A program made the translations under genes and the position numbers. Below the pieces are notes generated by a model. That model was not told the origin of the DNA. It saw nothing but the letters and a program-made list of their open reading frames with translations, and did not search any database. A stretch of 64,000 nt of DNA from Parcubacteria group bacterium (GTDB taxonomy: Bacteria > Patescibacteriota > Minisyncoccia > Moranbacterales > UBA2206). Below are positions 62,656-64,000 of the stretch, piece after piece (the first letter of the stretch is position 1; the number at the start of each line of letters is the position of its first letter). The stretch lies in NCBI GenBank assembly GCA_041659505.1, contig JBAZYF010000001.1:412933-476932 (forward strand), read 5' to 3'.

Positions 62656-63696
62656 ATGAGGAGGAATATTATGCAAAGCTTGGATCGTATGGCTGATGAC
62701 AAGAGTCGTCTTGATGAAGAAGTTTTTGTTAAGATTTTTCAAAACAAAACGCATTGTCCGGAGGTTATAAGTCGAAATTTATTTGAGAAACTTCAAGAGA
62801 CCGATCCTGATGCCAAAAAATATTTTTTGAGGTCTGGTGTTCTTTCTGCCTTACATCACAGCTCTTGGTGGAATCACGATCACGATCTTAGATCCATCGA
62901 GAATGTCGTTTGGTTCTGCTTGGAACGAGAACTTTATGGAAAGACGCTTGAGGCGGCGATCGACCTCGTTACATCTAGAGAGGTAACAGATGAGATAAAT
63001 CCTGAAAGTGTTGATTATCAGGAGGTGTGTCATACTATCGGGCATTTCTATGAGCATATGTATGATACGGGAAGGATAGATTTGGTCAATAAATTAAATT
63101 CTTATACTGTCAAGATAATGATTTCAGCTAAGTCGACGGAATATGGAGGTGGAAATTATTTAAACAATGTTTGCACCTCTCCTATAACCAATATTATTTG
63201 TGATACCGGTGAAAATCCTTTTCCTTTTAAAGGATCAGCTTTTGACAACGAAGAATTTTTGGAATTGATCAAGGCCGCCGACTCTTTTCATCGCTGTGCT
63301 TATGACGACCTCATGGAAATCAAGCGTTTTGATGAAGAAGCCAAAGTTCCCCCAGTAAGAATACTTGCTGAGCCAGAAAATATGGTTGATGGTGTGTTCG
63401 TCGATGTCGACGGGACCTTGGTTGTTGGTGCGAATCAACTCAATCAATTTGTTGTCGATTTGCTTAAGAAATACAAAGAATCAGGAAAGGCGGTAACGGT
63501 GTTTACTGCTGGTAATATCTACAGTCAGAAAACGCGATTAGAACGACTTGGCCTCACGGAAATTATTGGTGAATTTGAAGTTAGAGCAAAGAGTGATTTT
63601 ACTGGGCAGAAACTTGAGATCGTCATCGACGATTTTACGCCAAAGAAGCTCAGGGATATGTTCGGCATCTTCATTGGAGAGCACATCCTGCCCTAG
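62656..63696 (+). CDS. Hypothetical protein with a C-terminal HAD-like hydrolase domain
   Basis: C-terminal HAD motif I VFVDVDGTLVV, followed by ...KAVTVFTAGN... (motif III-like K). The N-terminal ~220 aa are unknown. Confidence 0.5.
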   Translation: MRRNIMQSLDRMADDKSRLDEEVFVKIFQNKTHCPEVISRNLFEKLQETDPDAKKYFLRSGVLSALHHSSWWNHDHDLRSIENVVWFCLERELYGKTLEAAIDLVTSREVTDEINPESVDYQEVCHTIGHFYEHMYDTGRIDLVNKLNSYTVKIMISAKSTEYGGGNYLNNVCTSPITNIICDTGENPFPFKGSAFDNEEFLELIKAADSFHRCAYDDLMEIKRFDEEAKVPPVRILAEPENMVDGVFVDVDGTLVVGANQLNQFVVDLLKKYKESGKAVTVFTAGNIYSQKTRLERLGLTEIIGEFEVRAKSDFTGQKLEIVIDDFTPKKLRDMFGIFIGEHILP

Positions 63697-63753
63697 TCTG
63701 ATGCAATAATATACTTATTGGTAGAACGGATCAAAGTAAGAGGAGTTAATAAT

Positions 63754-63797
63754 TTCAACTTAAAGCCTGTCCAAGGATGGAAACCTTGCAGGCATTT
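63754..63797 (+). terminator. Intrinsic terminator of the 62656-63696 gene
   Basis: GCCTGTCCAAGG-atggaaa-CCTTGCAGGC followed by ATTTTTT. Confidence 0.5.
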
Positions 63798-63807
63798 TTT
63801 ATTTGCT

Positions 63808-63855
63808 AAAAAAGACACCACGCGGTGTCTTTTAAAGTTCCTAAGTTGTGGATAA
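63808..63855. terminator. Terminator hairpin plus DnaA-box-like TTGTGGATAA module, copy 2
   Basis: AAAAGACACC-acgc-GGTGTCTTTT at 63808-63833, then CTAAGTTGTGGATAAG at 63841-63856. Lies between the convergent 62656 gene and the gyrA-like gene. Confidence 0.55.
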
Positions 63856-63857
63856 GT

Positions 63858-64000
63858 CTATAATACGGTTATTGCGCTAACTTTATCCCCAGCTTGCGGT
63901 CTCATAACTCTTACTCCTTGCGTGGCGCGGCCGAGGGTGGAGACGCTGGCGAGGGCGATGCGGATGATTTGACCTTTGTCGGAAGTGAGGATGAGATCAG
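63858..64000 (-). CDS. gyrA: DNA gyrase subunit A (or ParC) C-terminal end, partial; the gene continues beyond the window
   Basis: The reverse-strand frame reads ...DLILTSDKGQIIRIALASVSTLGRATQGVRVMRPQAGDKVSAITVL*, matching the last beta-pinwheel blade of GyrA (GQ.IR...GR.TQGVR...GD.V). Stop TAG at 63858-63860. Confidence 0.7.
   Translation of the reverse strand, partial: DLILTSDKGQIIRIALASVSTLGRATQGVRVMRPQAGDKVSAITVL

Overview
This is a low-GC bacterial chromosomal segment. It has many small lineage-specific ORFs, a minimal VirB-type (type IV secretion) cluster, several TrmB-type regulators and multiple O-antigen-ligase-like (Wzy_C) paralogs, which together look like a Candidate Phyla Radiation / Patescibacteria genome. 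That attribution is an inference only.

Layout (direct reading plus recognisable protein motifs):
(1) Replication-origin region: dnaA and dnaN on the minus strand, with an AT-rich spacer carrying consensus DnaA boxes between them. Next to it sits the classic rpmH-rnpA-yidC-jag block.
(2) A glycan-assembly locus: Wzx-like flippase, two GT2 glycosyltransferases and two Wzy_C/O-antigen-ligase-like membrane proteins.
(3) A ~15.7 kb minus-strand cluster of secreted and membrane proteins. It contains two VirB2/TrbC-like pilins, a 953-aa surface protein, a VirB4-like ATPase split across two ORFs, and VirB3-like and VirB6-like membrane proteins.
(4) Housekeeping genes: UbiA-family prenyltransferase, rsmA, yabE-like, comM/yifB, lspA, dksA/traR, yraN, pnp, rpsO, pcrA/uvrD, LysM-CHAP hydrolase, xerC/D-like recombinase, ftsH, tilS, gmk, rpsA, and the 3' end of a gyrA-like gene.
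(5) Five tRNAs: Met, Val-GAC, Arg-CCT, Val-CAC and Ala-GGC.
(6) An accessory-looking tail (55-63.7 kb) with a third Wzy_C paralog, three TrmB-family regulators, two paralogous 66-aa proteins and several unknown genes.

Three signals stand out. The Wzy_C gene at 55445-57163 carries about ten copies of a perfect 22-24 bp palindrome (AATTGTTCCACGTGGAACAATT) inserted in frame, in all three reading phases. A ~165 nt composite palindromic intergenic repeat (MITE/REP-like) occurs in four full and two half copies. There are also candidate structured non-coding RNA elements, repeated terminator/hairpin modules, and a run of stand-alone receiver-domain proteins with no kinase nearby.
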